Assembly: GCA_050250895.1 (NCBI GenBank)
Contig: JBFWNU010000009.1
Span: 239,247 to 303,246, forward strand
From: Vulcanimicrobiota bacterium
Lineage (GTDB): Bacteria > Vulcanimicrobiota > Xenobia > Xenobiales > JADMJV01
Length of the DNA: 64,000 bases
Reading direction: 5' to 3'
The translations under genes were made by a program, and so were the position numbers. The notes beneath the pieces are model-generated. The model ran no database searches and was not told the DNA's origin. It was given only the letters and a program-made list of their open reading frames with translations. Shown here one piece after another: positions 29,810 to 38,931 of the stretch. Numbering within the stretch: the stretch's first letter is position 1; every line of letters begins with the position of its first letter.

Positions 29810-30964
29810 TTATACGATACCCATTTTTTGATAGAGTCCCACCGTGCTGTCGACAACTTTCTCCACCGAGAATTCTTCGACGATCTTCTTGCGAGCGTTC
29901 TTACCGAAGTCGGCCGCCTGAAGAGGGTGGTCAAGCAGATACTCGATTGCGGCAGCCAGGGCGACCCCATCGCGGACGGGAACCAGCAAGCCCGTCAGAT
30001 CGTGGACCACGACCTCGCGGCAACCAGGCACGTCGGTAGCAACCATGGCTTTTCCCATGGCCGCAGCCTCGAGAAGAATGCGAGGAGTGCCCTCGCGATA
30101 TGAGGGCAAGACAACGATATCCGAAGCCTGAATTAGCTCCGCGACGGTATCGACATGCCCGAGCAAGTCGACCGCGCCCTCTCTACGCCACTCTTCGAGG
30201 GTCTCGACCGGGACGGCGGTGGGGTTGCCTGGATCAGGATCCCCAGCAATCTTGAAGCACACACTCCGCCTATTCTTTACAATGCGGGCGGCTTCGACCA
30301 GATCATAGACACCTTTCTCTTTGAGCAGCCGAGACGCGAATAAAATCACCGGCGCCCGCGCATCGGGCAGTTCAGGATCGCTGCCCGGACGCGGACAGAA
30401 CTTCTTGGTGCAGACCCCTGAACTTCTGATCAACACTGTCTTCTCAGGGAGAACGAGGTCGGCGTCGACAAATGTCTCGAGGTCATCAGGGTTTTGAAAA
30501 ACCACATGGACCCGTCGAGCTTTGAGAATCTTGCCATAAAACCATCGAATGATGGGTCGCAAGAAACTCATCGGCCAACTATTACCAAGGAAAATATGTC
30601 CGAGCCCGGTCACCGCGTTGACCACCGAGCGAATCCCGCACAACTTGGCCGCAATCGTCCCATACAGCACACACTTGACGGTGAAATGGTGAAGAGCTTG
30701 CGGCTTCTCTTGCTGGTATATCCTCAACAGCTCGAAAAATGCAAAAAGCTCTCTTAAGGGATTCACGCTGCGTCGGTTGAGCTGGTGAAGTCCCACCCAG
30801 CGAAAGCCCTCGCTGGTCAAGTGCTCGACGTAGCGGTCAGGAGGCGACACGAACACGACTTCAAGACCCTCTTGACGCAATCTCCGCGCCAAAGGCAGCC
30901 TAAAGTTGTAGAGATACCACGAGGTGTTAGCCACCAATAGGACTTTTCTCTTCGGATTGTTCAT
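29810..30964 (-). CDS. Glycosyltransferase family 4 (CapM/PglA-like)
   Basis: NTSWYLYNFR, NAVTGLG, SRLLKEKG, SYREGTPRILLEAAA. Confidence 0.93.
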   Translation of the reverse strand: MNNPKRKVLLVANTSWYLYNFRLPLARRLRQEGLEVVFVSPPDRYVEHLTSEGFRWVGLHQLNRRSVNPLRELFAFFELLRIYQQEKPQALHHFTVKCVLYGTIAAKLCGIRSVVNAVTGLGHIFLGNSWPMSFLRPIIRWFYGKILKARRVHVVFQNPDDLETFVDADLVLPEKTVLIRSSGVCTKKFCPRPGSDPELPDARAPVILFASRLLKEKGVYDLVEAARIVKNRRSVCFKIAGDPDPGNPTAVPVETLEEWRREGAVDLLGHVDTVAELIQASDIVVLPSYREGTPRILLEAAAMGKAMVATDVPGCREVVVHDLTGLLVPVRDGVALAAAIEYLLDHPLQAADFGKNARKKIVEEFSVEKVVDSTVGLYQKMGIV

Positions 30965-31045
30965 AAAGACACCGCCTAAGAGCAGCACCTCTTCGGCTCT
31001 AGAAATTGATATCCTTCCGGTGCTTGGCACGCAATGTTGGTGACC

Positions 31046-32182
31046 TCACGTCGTTTTCTGCAAAGGCGTCCAGCCCTCTCGCGTAGGAAGGTGAAGTCGC
31101 AAAAGTTCACCGTCTCCCCCAAAGCAGAGAAGGTGCTCTCCCCAGAGGACCGGTGGCAACGGAGTCCCTCCCGGGCTAAGGAAGAGAGGTTGATATTCCT
31201 CTACATGACAAGTGTGCTCGGTGAGACCCAGGCGATAGAGCGACCCCTCGTCGCTGACCAGATACGCCTTGGTATCGTCAAAGGCAGGTCCAACACCACA
31301 CCCTTGGGGCAGGCGTAGCATCTGGGTCGATTGCTTCTCAAGCTGGATTGCCCTGGTCCAACTGCCGTGACAAAGAATGGCCCACTCGTCTCCAAGCCCC
31401 AGGCCTTGAAGTGGAACGTCGAAAGCCGGAGCCAGATAGCGCTGCAACCGACCGTCTCGAAGGAGATAGAGTTCTCCCCGAGAGCCAGTGGCGATGACCC
31501 CCCGACGGTGAGCCCGCAGGGCGTCAAAAGAAAGGACGACTCCGAGACGATGTCTTTCAACCGCATCGCCCTGCACCACCCACAGGCCGTCGCCGAAGGC
31601 CTCCCCAACATAGACAGTGTCCTGATGACCGACCACCCCAGCAAACGCTGCAGGCTCGCCGAGGTCTACAAAAACGGCTCCCTCACGACGAAAAACGCTG
31701 GCGTCGGGCCGGAACCTGTGAAGGTTGGCGCTGCCGCCCGAGCCAGTCAGAATATAAACACCGTCGCCGAGTTCGCACAGTTCTGCCACCACCACCTCTC
31801 CTAAGCTGCAAGTCGTTGACCGATCCACCTCGCTGGCCAGATATCGGTGCCAGAGATCCGCCACGCCTATACCCCCCTCCCACGCCGCCAACAATAGACC
31901 TCGAACAATGAGCGGCCTTTCACCCACGAGCGGATGTGGGCATAGCTGAAACTGATCGAAATGGCTCCACTCCCCGAGCGAGACGACCTCGACCGTGCCC
32001 GTCTCGAACAGGCAGAAAAGCAGCCCGCCCACCGGCACGACAGCGACGGGTGGACCGCTCAAGCGCAAAAAACGCGTCTCGGCCAGTCCGGCACCCAGTC
32101 GCGCACCGCATCCCCCACAGAAGGCGAATAGCAGAGGATTCTTGCGAGCGCAGACACGGCAAGACCAGGATGCTTCTCGCAT
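31046..32182 (-). CDS. Zn-ribbon + putative beta-propeller protein
   Basis: WSCRVC..N...FCGGCG N-terminus; repeated beta-blade-like segments (GELYLL, GSLYRL, GELLRL). Confidence 0.65.
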   Translation of the reverse strand: MREASWSCRVCARKNPLLFAFCGGCGARLGAGLAETRFLRLSGPPVAVVPVGGLLFCLFETGTVEVVSLGEWSHFDQFQLCPHPLVGERPLIVRGLLLAAWEGGIGVADLWHRYLASEVDRSTTCSLGEVVVAELCELGDGVYILTGSGGSANLHRFRPDASVFRREGAVFVDLGEPAAFAGVVGHQDTVYVGEAFGDGLWVVQGDAVERHRLGVVLSFDALRAHRRGVIATGSRGELYLLRDGRLQRYLAPAFDVPLQGLGLGDEWAILCHGSWTRAIQLEKQSTQMLRLPQGCGVGPAFDDTKAYLVSDEGSLYRLGLTEHTCHVEEYQPLFLSPGGTPLPPVLWGEHLLCFGGDGELLRLHLPTREGWTPLQKTT

Positions 32183-32308
32183 CTCCGGTCTTTCATTGCC
32201 CTGGTCAACCCTCCTGCGCAGCCGGACCCGGCCGCGTTCGTAGACCTATCCACAAAAAGTTCACCAGGGCAGAGGTGCTGGGTGCCCTGGTTCGAAGAGC
32301 CCCACGAA

Positions 32309-34222
32309 ATGTGCGGGATTTGTGGCTTCCTTGATAGCGGCTCGTCGCGAGACGAGAGCGAGCTTCGTTCGAGCCTGCGAGCAATGACCGACAGCCTGAA
32401 CCATCGGGGCCCAGACTCCGACGGAGCCTATCTCGCAGTCGCCGACGGAGTCGGACTCGGCCACCGCAGACTAGCCATTCTGGACCTTTCGCCGGAAGGT
32501 CATCAGCCGATGTTCTCCTCGAGCGGTCGCTACGTCATCGCTTACAATGGCGAAATCTACAACTTCGAGAGCCTGAAACCCGAACTGGAGGCAGGCGGCG
32601 CCAAGTTTCGAGGCGGTTCCGACACTGAGGTTCTACTGGCGTCGATCGAGAAATGGGGGGTCGTCGAGGCCATCCAACGTTGTGTCGGGATGTTTGTCTT
32701 CGCGCTTTGGGACCAACAAGAGAAGGCGCTATGGTTGGGACGCGATCGTTTGGGACAGAAGCCGCTCTATTATGGCTGGGACAAAGGGGTGCTCCTCTTC
32801 GCTTCTGAGCTGAAAGCCCTGCGGCAATGGCCTAAATTCCGGCCGCGACTCGACCAGCGGGCTCTGGAGGAGTATCTCCGTTATCGCTATATTCCCACCC
32901 CCAGATCTATCTACGAGGGCATCTCGAAACTTGCGCCCGGGACGCTAGTCGAAATGCGGCGTTCGGCCGAGGCCCGGCTCCACACCTATTGGAACCCATT
33001 GGATTGCGCCTACCAGGCCCGAAGGCAACCTTTTGAAGGAACGTTCGATGAAGCGGTGGACTGCCTCGACCAGACCCTGACCGAGGCGGTTGGAATCAGA
33101 ATGCGTTCAGACGTTCCGCTGGGCGCCTTTCTCTCGGGCGGGATAGACTCATCGCTGGTGGTCGCATTGATGCAGCGCCAAAGTCACCGTCCGGTGCGCA
33201 CCTTCACGGTGGGCAGTTACGACAAGGATTTTGACGAGTCGAACGAAGCCCGAGTGGTAGCTCACCACCTCCAGACCGAGCATCTGGAATTGATGGTTTC
33301 AGAGTCCGAATTGCTGGCTTCGGTGCCCAAAATGGCTACTATCTATGATGAGCCGTTCGCCGATTCGTCCCAGTTGCCAACCTACCTGGTCTCTAAACTC
33401 TGTCGAGAGCACGTGACCGTAAGCCTTTCGGGCGATGGCGGGGACGAACTCTTCGGAGGCTATAATCGCTATCTGTGGGGTCCGGGGCTCTGGAGCCGTC
33501 TGTCCAAGCTGCCGCGCAACTTCAGGATCCTGATGGCAGATGCCCTGAGCCTTCCCTCCGACGGGTTTGCCGGCGCCGTGGTCAATACCCTCAACCAGGC
33601 CACGCCCGAATCGAGGCGAGTTCGCATTCCCGCCGACAAACTCAAGCGGCTCGCGCGAGTTCTTCCGGCTAGAGATGCCAACGACTTCTATTGGCGGTTG
33701 GTCACCGATGACTGGAAGACCCCGACCGTCTCACCGCGACTTGCCAACGGTGGCTGGAACTATCGCGAACAAATGATGTTGGCCGACACGGTGGGATATC
33801 TCCCCGACGATATCCTGACCAAAGTCGATCGTGCGAGTATGGCGGTGAGCCTGGAACTACGTTCACCCTTTATGGATCACCGCGTCTACCAACTTGCCTG
33901 GAGATTTCCGACCGAATGGAAGGTGGGCACCGGCCAGGGCAAGCTTTTGTTAAGGAACTTGCTGGCACGTCACGTTCCAGACGACCTTTTCGACCGACCC
34001 AAGACAGGTTTCAGCGTACCAATCGGCTCCTGGCTGCGTGGCCCGCTTCGGACCTGGGCGCAAGAGCTACTGTCTCCGAGCCGACTTGCCGAATCCGGGA
34101 ACCTGGACCAGGTCCGTATCCAAAGGCTATGGGTCGAGCACCAAAACGGTCGACGAGATCATACACACCGCCTCTGGACCGTGCTCATGCTGCAAGCCTG
34201 GCTGACCGAGAACTCGCTCTAA
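32309..34222 (+). CDS. asnB: Asparagine synthase (glutamine-hydrolysing), glycan amidotransferase type
   Basis: MCGICG, HRGPD, GHRRLAILD, NGEIYN, LSGGIDSS, SGDGGDELFGGY, KVDRASM. Confidence 0.95.
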   Translation: MCGICGFLDSGSSRDESELRSSLRAMTDSLNHRGPDSDGAYLAVADGVGLGHRRLAILDLSPEGHQPMFSSSGRYVIAYNGEIYNFESLKPELEAGGAKFRGGSDTEVLLASIEKWGVVEAIQRCVGMFVFALWDQQEKALWLGRDRLGQKPLYYGWDKGVLLFASELKALRQWPKFRPRLDQRALEEYLRYRYIPTPRSIYEGISKLAPGTLVEMRRSAEARLHTYWNPLDCAYQARRQPFEGTFDEAVDCLDQTLTEAVGIRMRSDVPLGAFLSGGIDSSLVVALMQRQSHRPVRTFTVGSYDKDFDESNEARVVAHHLQTEHLELMVSESELLASVPKMATIYDEPFADSSQLPTYLVSKLCREHVTVSLSGDGGDELFGGYNRYLWGPGLWSRLSKLPRNFRILMADALSLPSDGFAGAVVNTLNQATPESRRVRIPADKLKRLARVLPARDANDFYWRLVTDDWKTPTVSPRLANGGWNYREQMMLADTVGYLPDDILTKVDRASMAVSLELRSPFMDHRVYQLAWRFPTEWKVGTGQGKLLLRNLLARHVPDDLFDRPKTGFSVPIGSWLRGPLRTWAQELLSPSRLAESGNLDQVRIQRLWVEHQNGRRDHTHRLWTVLMLQAWLTENSL

Positions 34223-34230
34223 AGGCGCCC

Positions 34231-34923
34231 TTAGACGGTCCACCAACCGCGGCTCAGCAACTGCTTGATGCGAGGACGAGTGCGATTCAAGATAGCGCCA
34301 TAGATATGGATGCCTTCGTCTCGAAGGTCTTCGGAGTAAAGCCCCTCTGGGACGCCCTGAAAAGTACGGTCGGAGGTCACAAAGTAGACACCACCGGTGT
34401 GCCTACCCAGATGAATAGCATCTGCACACAATGAAAGCGGCGGGGCATCCACCACTAGAATGTCGGCTCGTTCGCGAGCGTGCGTAAAGAAGGCCTGCAG
34501 ACGAGTGCCTTCAAGTTGCCCGTGGTCGAAAACGCTGCCGGCAGGAACAAGGGAGACGCCCTCAACCTCAGTGGCGTGAAGCACATCCTCGAATCGCATC
34601 TCGTGATTCAAAAAATTACTCAAGCCCGGGGCTCCGTGAAGCCCGAAGACCTGACTCACCGTTGGACGACGCAGGTCGCCGTCAATCAGAATAACCCGCT
34701 TGCCGATGCTTCCGATGGCCGCAGCAAGGTTAGCGGCCACGAAAGACTTTCCTTCACCTGGCCAAGCACTGGCTACCAGCACCGACCCGGCAGGGCCGAC
34801 GTGTCTGTGCAGAACACAATGCCTCAAATACTCGAAACGTTCAGCCCACTCCGAGCCAGGCTGGTGAAGAACGACTAGCAATTCCTTGAGAGACTGGACC
34901 TCTAGTCTCGACCCTTGAGCCAC
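34231..34923 (-). CDS. CpsD/CapB-family BY-kinase paralog lacking the Tyr tail
   Basis: GEGKS, IDGDLRRP, VVDAPP; no C-terminal Tyr cluster. Confidence 0.85.
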   Translation of the reverse strand: MAQGSRLEVQSLKELLVVLHQPGSEWAERFEYLRHCVLHRHVGPAGSVLVASAWPGEGKSFVAANLAAAIGSIGKRVILIDGDLRRPTVSQVFGLHGAPGLSNFLNHEMRFEDVLHATEVEGVSLVPAGSVFDHGQLEGTRLQAFFTHARERADILVVDAPPLSLCADAIHLGRHTGGVYFVTSDRTFQGVPEGLYSEDLRDEGIHIYGAILNRTRPRIKQLLSRGWWTV

Positions 34924-35678
34924 CCGAGCAGCCCCTTACGCTTCTTCACTGGCTTCTTATCCTCATCGCCGTACCCGTAGGCCGCGCCAGAACCGTAACC
35001 ATAGCCGTATCCGTATCCGTAGCCATAGCCATAGCCATAGCCGTGACCGGACGAATCTGCGCCGTTGAGCACGAACCCCAGGACTTCGATGCCGTGCTCG
35101 AGGAGCTGATCCTTCAGGCGCGGCTCCACGTCACCATCCCACGACTTAGGGTTGACCACCATCAGAGCGGAGTCGACCTTGCCTCCTAGCAACAAAGCGT
35201 CGCTACAGGCAGCCAGGGGGGATGTGTCGATGACCACGCATCCGAAGGCGTGACCAAGTTGGGCAAACACATCGTTGGCGTTATCGCCTCCAAGCAAATT
35301 CGCAGGGTTCTGATCCGAAGTACCTTTAGGCATCGTGAACAAGTTGTCGATAGCCGTCGGATAATAACATTGTTCCAGGGCCGCGTTACCTTCGAGCAGA
35401 TTGGACAGGCCCATCGCCTCGGTGTTTCCGAACACGCGGCTCAAAGTGGGCCGACGAAGATCGCCGTCGACCAGCAGTACTTTTACTTGTAACTGCGAGA
35501 CCGCCACGGCCAGATTGGTGCACACCATCGACTTTCCGTCGCCAGCCCAGGAACTGACGACCATGAACACGCGCTTTCCTGAGGCCAGAGGCCTGGAGAG
35601 TTTGGCGCGGAGACTACGATAGGCCTCGGCTACGGCCGAATTGGGCTCTCGCAGAAGCATGATGCGGTCTTCAACCAT
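34902..35678 (-). CDS. CpsD/CapB-family tyrosine kinase with (GY)n tail
   Basis: AEAYRSLR, GDGKS, DGDLRRP, IDTSP, GYGYGY tail. Confidence 0.92.
   Translation of the reverse strand: MVEDRIMLLREPNSAVAEAYRSLRAKLSRPLASGKRVFMVVSSWAGDGKSMVCTNLAVAVSQLQVKVLLVDGDLRRPTLSRVFGNTEAMGLSNLLEGNAALEQCYYPTAIDNLFTMPKGTSDQNPANLLGGDNANDVFAQLGHAFGCVVIDTSPLAACSDALLLGGKVDSALMVVNPKSWDGDVEPRLKDQLLEHGIEVLGFVLNGADSSGHGYGYGYGYGYGYGYGYGSGAAYGYGDEDKKPVKKRKGLLGWLKGRD
34992..35042 (-). repeat. Coding hexanucleotide repeat (GGN TAY) x8 encoding the Gly-Tyr tail
   Basis: GGC TAT GGC TAT GGC TAT GGC TAC GGA TAC GGA TAC GGC TAT GGT TAC read on the minus strand. Confidence 0.9.
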
Positions 35679-35703
35679 AGCCGCCACTTCTGGTCCAGCG
35701 AAA

Positions 35704-36939
35704 CTATTCCTGCTGCACGGTCGGCTTGGCGCGGTTCGCGCGACGGCGCGATAAGATATCTCGCCTTTTTCGCGCGACGTGGTAGTCAAGCAAGCCACCA
35801 CCACCGGCCAGCAAAAAAACTCCCCCAGCCACTACATGATGCCGAAGGCCCTGCCCCCAATTGAAGGTGCCGATGCCCCACATCGCCTCGAGCGCCAGCC
35901 CCGACAGAAAAACAAACGCCCACTCCGGCAGCCGTTCTCCTCGCTTGTAGTAAACGTAGGCACCGAAAAATAGCGCCCCTCGCAGCCAACCTTCTAACAT
36001 GGCGTAAACATCCAACGGCGAACTCACCTGCCATGGCATCGGCAGGAAGAAATAGGCAAAAAGCACCGCTGGCACGGTACTAGCCGCCAGTAGGGGATTG
36101 GAAAGATTCAGCGAGATGTTGTAGCCTGTGCGCCCCTCCTCGCCCAATTCTCGATAGTTGGCGATATACTCAAGCCCGCCTCCCTCCACTACCCTCTCGA
36201 CTTGAACCGATTGTTCAGAAATCTTCGCGATGACTTTTGGGAGGAGGAGCGGAGCCGTGGCCAACAAGGCCACTCCGAACAGAATGCCCACCTCGCGACG
36301 CGCGCCCAAAGCCCAGAGGAAACCCGCCACACCAAAGAGCGGGGCAAACACGGCCAAGCCATTATGGAGCGTGGAAAAGGCCACGACAGCAAGGAGTGCT
36401 GACACGAAGGTCGCCACCGAGTTTTCACCCTGACGAATACGGACGAAGAGATAGATACAGAGCAAGAAAAACAGGACCTGGAATGGCTCTCTCAACATGA
36501 GGGAAGTGTGAATCAGGGGACCCGGCAGCAGTCCAAACGCCAGGACCAGATAAAACACGTGACGCTCCTGTCCGAGCGTGTAGATGAGTTCGACAAAGAC
36601 GATGAGAGAAAGGGCAAAGGCCATGATCGAGAACTGATGGCCGAGAAAGACGGACTCGCCGAAGACCTCGTAAAGGGCGCCAAGCGCCCTGGTATAGGTA
36701 TAGCCGTGGAGCGAGTGGGCAACCTCCCAGTGGGCAGCTGCGTAGTGAAATCTTCTCGTATCGGGGCCGGCACCGGGTACGCGGAACATGTATGAGTTTG
36801 CCAGGGCGATGACGTGGTGAGCCCCCAGCCCAGCCCAACAGGCAATGAGTGTTTTGTGGTGCCCACGGGTGCGCTTCGAGAGCAAGGTGACAGGAAAACT
36901 CAACAGCATGAGAAGCCACCCGAAGAAATCACCGCCCAC
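35704..36939 (-). CDS. Polytopic membrane protein, putative Wzy-like polymerase (paralog A)
   Basis: About 10 TM segments in the glycan locus; clearly similar to 40524..41741. Confidence 0.6.
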   Translation of the reverse strand: MGGDFFGWLLMLLSFPVTLLSKRTRGHHKTLIACWAGLGAHHVIALANSYMFRVPGAGPDTRRFHYAAAHWEVAHSLHGYTYTRALGALYEVFGESVFLGHQFSIMAFALSLIVFVELIYTLGQERHVFYLVLAFGLLPGPLIHTSLMLREPFQVLFFLLCIYLFVRIRQGENSVATFVSALLAVVAFSTLHNGLAVFAPLFGVAGFLWALGARREVGILFGVALLATAPLLLPKVIAKISEQSVQVERVVEGGGLEYIANYRELGEEGRTGYNISLNLSNPLLAASTVPAVLFAYFFLPMPWQVSSPLDVYAMLEGWLRGALFFGAYVYYKRGERLPEWAFVFLSGLALEAMWGIGTFNWGQGLRHHVVAGGVFLLAGGGGLLDYHVARKRRDILSRRRANRAKPTVQQE

Positions 36940-36958
36940 CGAAACGCCTCCCGGGAGT

Positions 36959-37993
36959 TTACCCTCCCTCGATCACCAAGCCAGAATTTTGCCCCAACTG
37001 ATATTCTTTGAACCAGGTCAGGGTCTTGTCAATACCCTCTTCTATGGAAGTCCGGGGCCGAAATCCCACCAGGTCCTGCAGCGCGTCGATATCAGCATAG
37101 GTGGCAGGCACATCACCGGCCTGCAAAGGCAAGAGTCGACGTTCGGCCTTTTTGCCGAGAGCCTTTTCGATGAGTTCAATGAAGTAGCCGAGTTCAACCG
37201 GCTGATTGTTGCCGATGTTGAATATGCGGTAGGGCGCCGCACTCGTGGCCGGGTTCGGATTAAGGGAATCCCAACCGGGGTCCGTTAACGGCGGCTTGCT
37301 TAAAAGACGCACGATGCCCTCTACGACATCATCCACGTAGGTGAAGTCCCGTCGCATTCTTCCATCGTTGAAGACATCAATAGGGCGGCCCTCGCTGATT
37401 GCCCGGGCAAAGATGAACATGGCCATGTCCGGGCGACCCCATGGCCCATAGACCGTAAAAAAGCGTAGACCAGTAGAGGGAAGCCCATACATAGAAGCAT
37501 AAGCATGCGCCATCATTTCGTTTGCTTTCTTGGTTGCCCCGTAGAGCGAGACAGGATGGTTAGTCGGTTGATGGGTCGCAAACGGCATCTGGGTGTTGGC
37601 CCCGTACACCGACGACGAAGAGGCGTAGACGAGGTGCTCGACGGGACAATGACGGCACCCCTCGAGAATATTGAGAAACCCGGTCAGGTTGCTGTCGACG
37701 TAGGCGTGAGGGTTGACCAGTGAGTAGCGCACCCCGGCCTGGGCGGCCAGGTTTACCACAGTATCGAAGCGATGATACTCAAAAAGTTCGGCCACGCTCT
37801 GGCGGTTGGCGATATCGAGAAGCCTGAACTCCAGCCCCGCCTGCTGAACAAGTGCAAGGCGGTCACGTTTGAGTTGCACCGAGTAGTAATCATTCAAGCT
37901 ATCCACACCCACCACCTGGTGGCCTTCGTGGAGTAATCGCAAGCATAAATGGAAACCGATGAACCCGGCACAACCGGTAACTAAGATCTTCAA
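36959..37993 (-). CDS. UDP-glucuronate 4-epimerase-like NAD-dependent epimerase
   Basis: TTG start LKILVTGCAGFIG, LAAQAGVRYS, YGATKK, YGPWGRPDMA. Confidence 0.92.
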   Translation of the reverse strand: MKILVTGCAGFIGFHLCLRLLHEGHQVVGVDSLNDYYSVQLKRDRLALVQQAGLEFRLLDIANRQSVAELFEYHRFDTVVNLAAQAGVRYSLVNPHAYVDSNLTGFLNILEGCRHCPVEHLVYASSSSVYGANTQMPFATHQPTNHPVSLYGATKKANEMMAHAYASMYGLPSTGLRFFTVYGPWGRPDMAMFIFARAISEGRPIDVFNDGRMRRDFTYVDDVVEGIVRLLSKPPLTDPGWDSLNPNPATSAAPYRIFNIGNNQPVELGYFIELIEKALGKKAERRLLPLQAGDVPATYADIDALQDLVGFRPRTSIEEGIDKTLTWFKEYQLGQNSGLVIEGG

Positions 37994-38046
37994 AGCCCTT
38001 CTTCCTTTGCGCGCGGCTAGTTCTGGTTCTTTCTCCTGAGACCTGC

Positions 38047-38805
38047 TCAGGACCGGAGTCCTGCGACGACCAGGGCCAGATTGTCTTGACCTCCAGGTTG
38101 ACCCTCTATCCCGTTGAGTGCTGCTTGCCCGAGCACTCGGCAAAAAGTCTGGCAATTGCCCTGCGAGACTCGAAAAAACTCTTCAAAATGCTGCTTACGA
38201 ATCGACGTCTGGGGGGAACGGTAGTGACACTCGTTGACCCCATCTGTATAGGCCAACAGAAATTCGTCCCGTTGAAGCTCGAAGTCAAACTTTTGACACT
38301 CGGCCATCGGCACGGCGGCGTCAAGATGCAGGTAGACGTCGGTGGGACGATTCAAGACGCGATGCCCGCTGGAGCCGATGGCTGCCAGAGTGCTGTCCCC
38401 GAACGAGATACCAAACCCCCTGCCATTGAACCTATCGAGACAAGCCACGGCCAAGGTGGTTCCGGAGCGACTCCGGGCCGGCGGATCGGTCAGTCCCATG
38501 GTGATAAAGGTGAGCTGCATTGCGTCTTTTGGAACACCAGCGCACCGCTCGACGAGGCGGCTGAGCAACTGGTGGCTGGCCTCGGCGCCGAAGTGAGCGT
38601 CGGCGACGGCCACCAAGCATGAATCCGCTTCGCAGATGATCGCGAGAGCGTCTTCGTTAGGAGCGCTCGAGTCGCCCTTGGACGTGAGTGAGGGAGAGCT
38701 TCTGTCGCTACCTACACTGATGGCGGCAAAGACCCCGTCGATGGTCTCCAGGGCCAATTCGCCATATCCAGGGTGGTCGCGACCCAACATTACCAAGCGA
38801 TGCAC
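38047..38805 (-). CDS. PP2C/PPM-family protein phosphatase
   Basis: NEDA, VADAHFG, GDS, YTDGV, GGQDN metal-binding motifs. Confidence 0.82.
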   Translation of the reverse strand: MHRLVMLGRDHPGYGELALETIDGVFAAISVGSDRSSPSLTSKGDSSAPNEDALAIICEADSCLVAVADAHFGAEASHQLLSRLVERCAGVPKDAMQLTFITMGLTDPPARSRSGTTLAVACLDRFNGRGFGISFGDSTLAAIGSSGHRVLNRPTDVYLHLDAAVPMAECQKFDFELQRDEFLLAYTDGVNECHYRSPQTSIRKQHFEEFFRVSQGNCQTFCRVLGQAALNGIEGQPGGQDNLALVVAGLRS

Positions 38806-38931
38806 GCCTACCCATTCCAGGAGACGACGGTGGAACCTTCAAAGAAGGCCGGAAGGAAGCCCAGCGCCAACCTAGAAGCGACGCGCACCGAGCCGCGTGG
38901 TTCTCGCGGTTCGGCTTGGAGGTGAAAAGGA

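Noticed and set aside
32263-32291. Short inverted repeat before asnB (similar hairpin at about 38888-38915)
   Set aside because: 9-10 bp stems are common by chance at this GC content and have no U-tract
32309-34222. AsnB as a lasso-peptide cyclase linked to the NTase at 1546
   Set aside because: It has an intact N-terminal Cys glutaminase domain (MCGI) and sits among glycan genes; no B protein or precursor is nearby
34992-35042. Phase-variable simple sequence repeat or CRISPR-like repeat
   Set aside because: In-frame 6-nt unit with synonymous variation, explained by the kinase Tyr cluster
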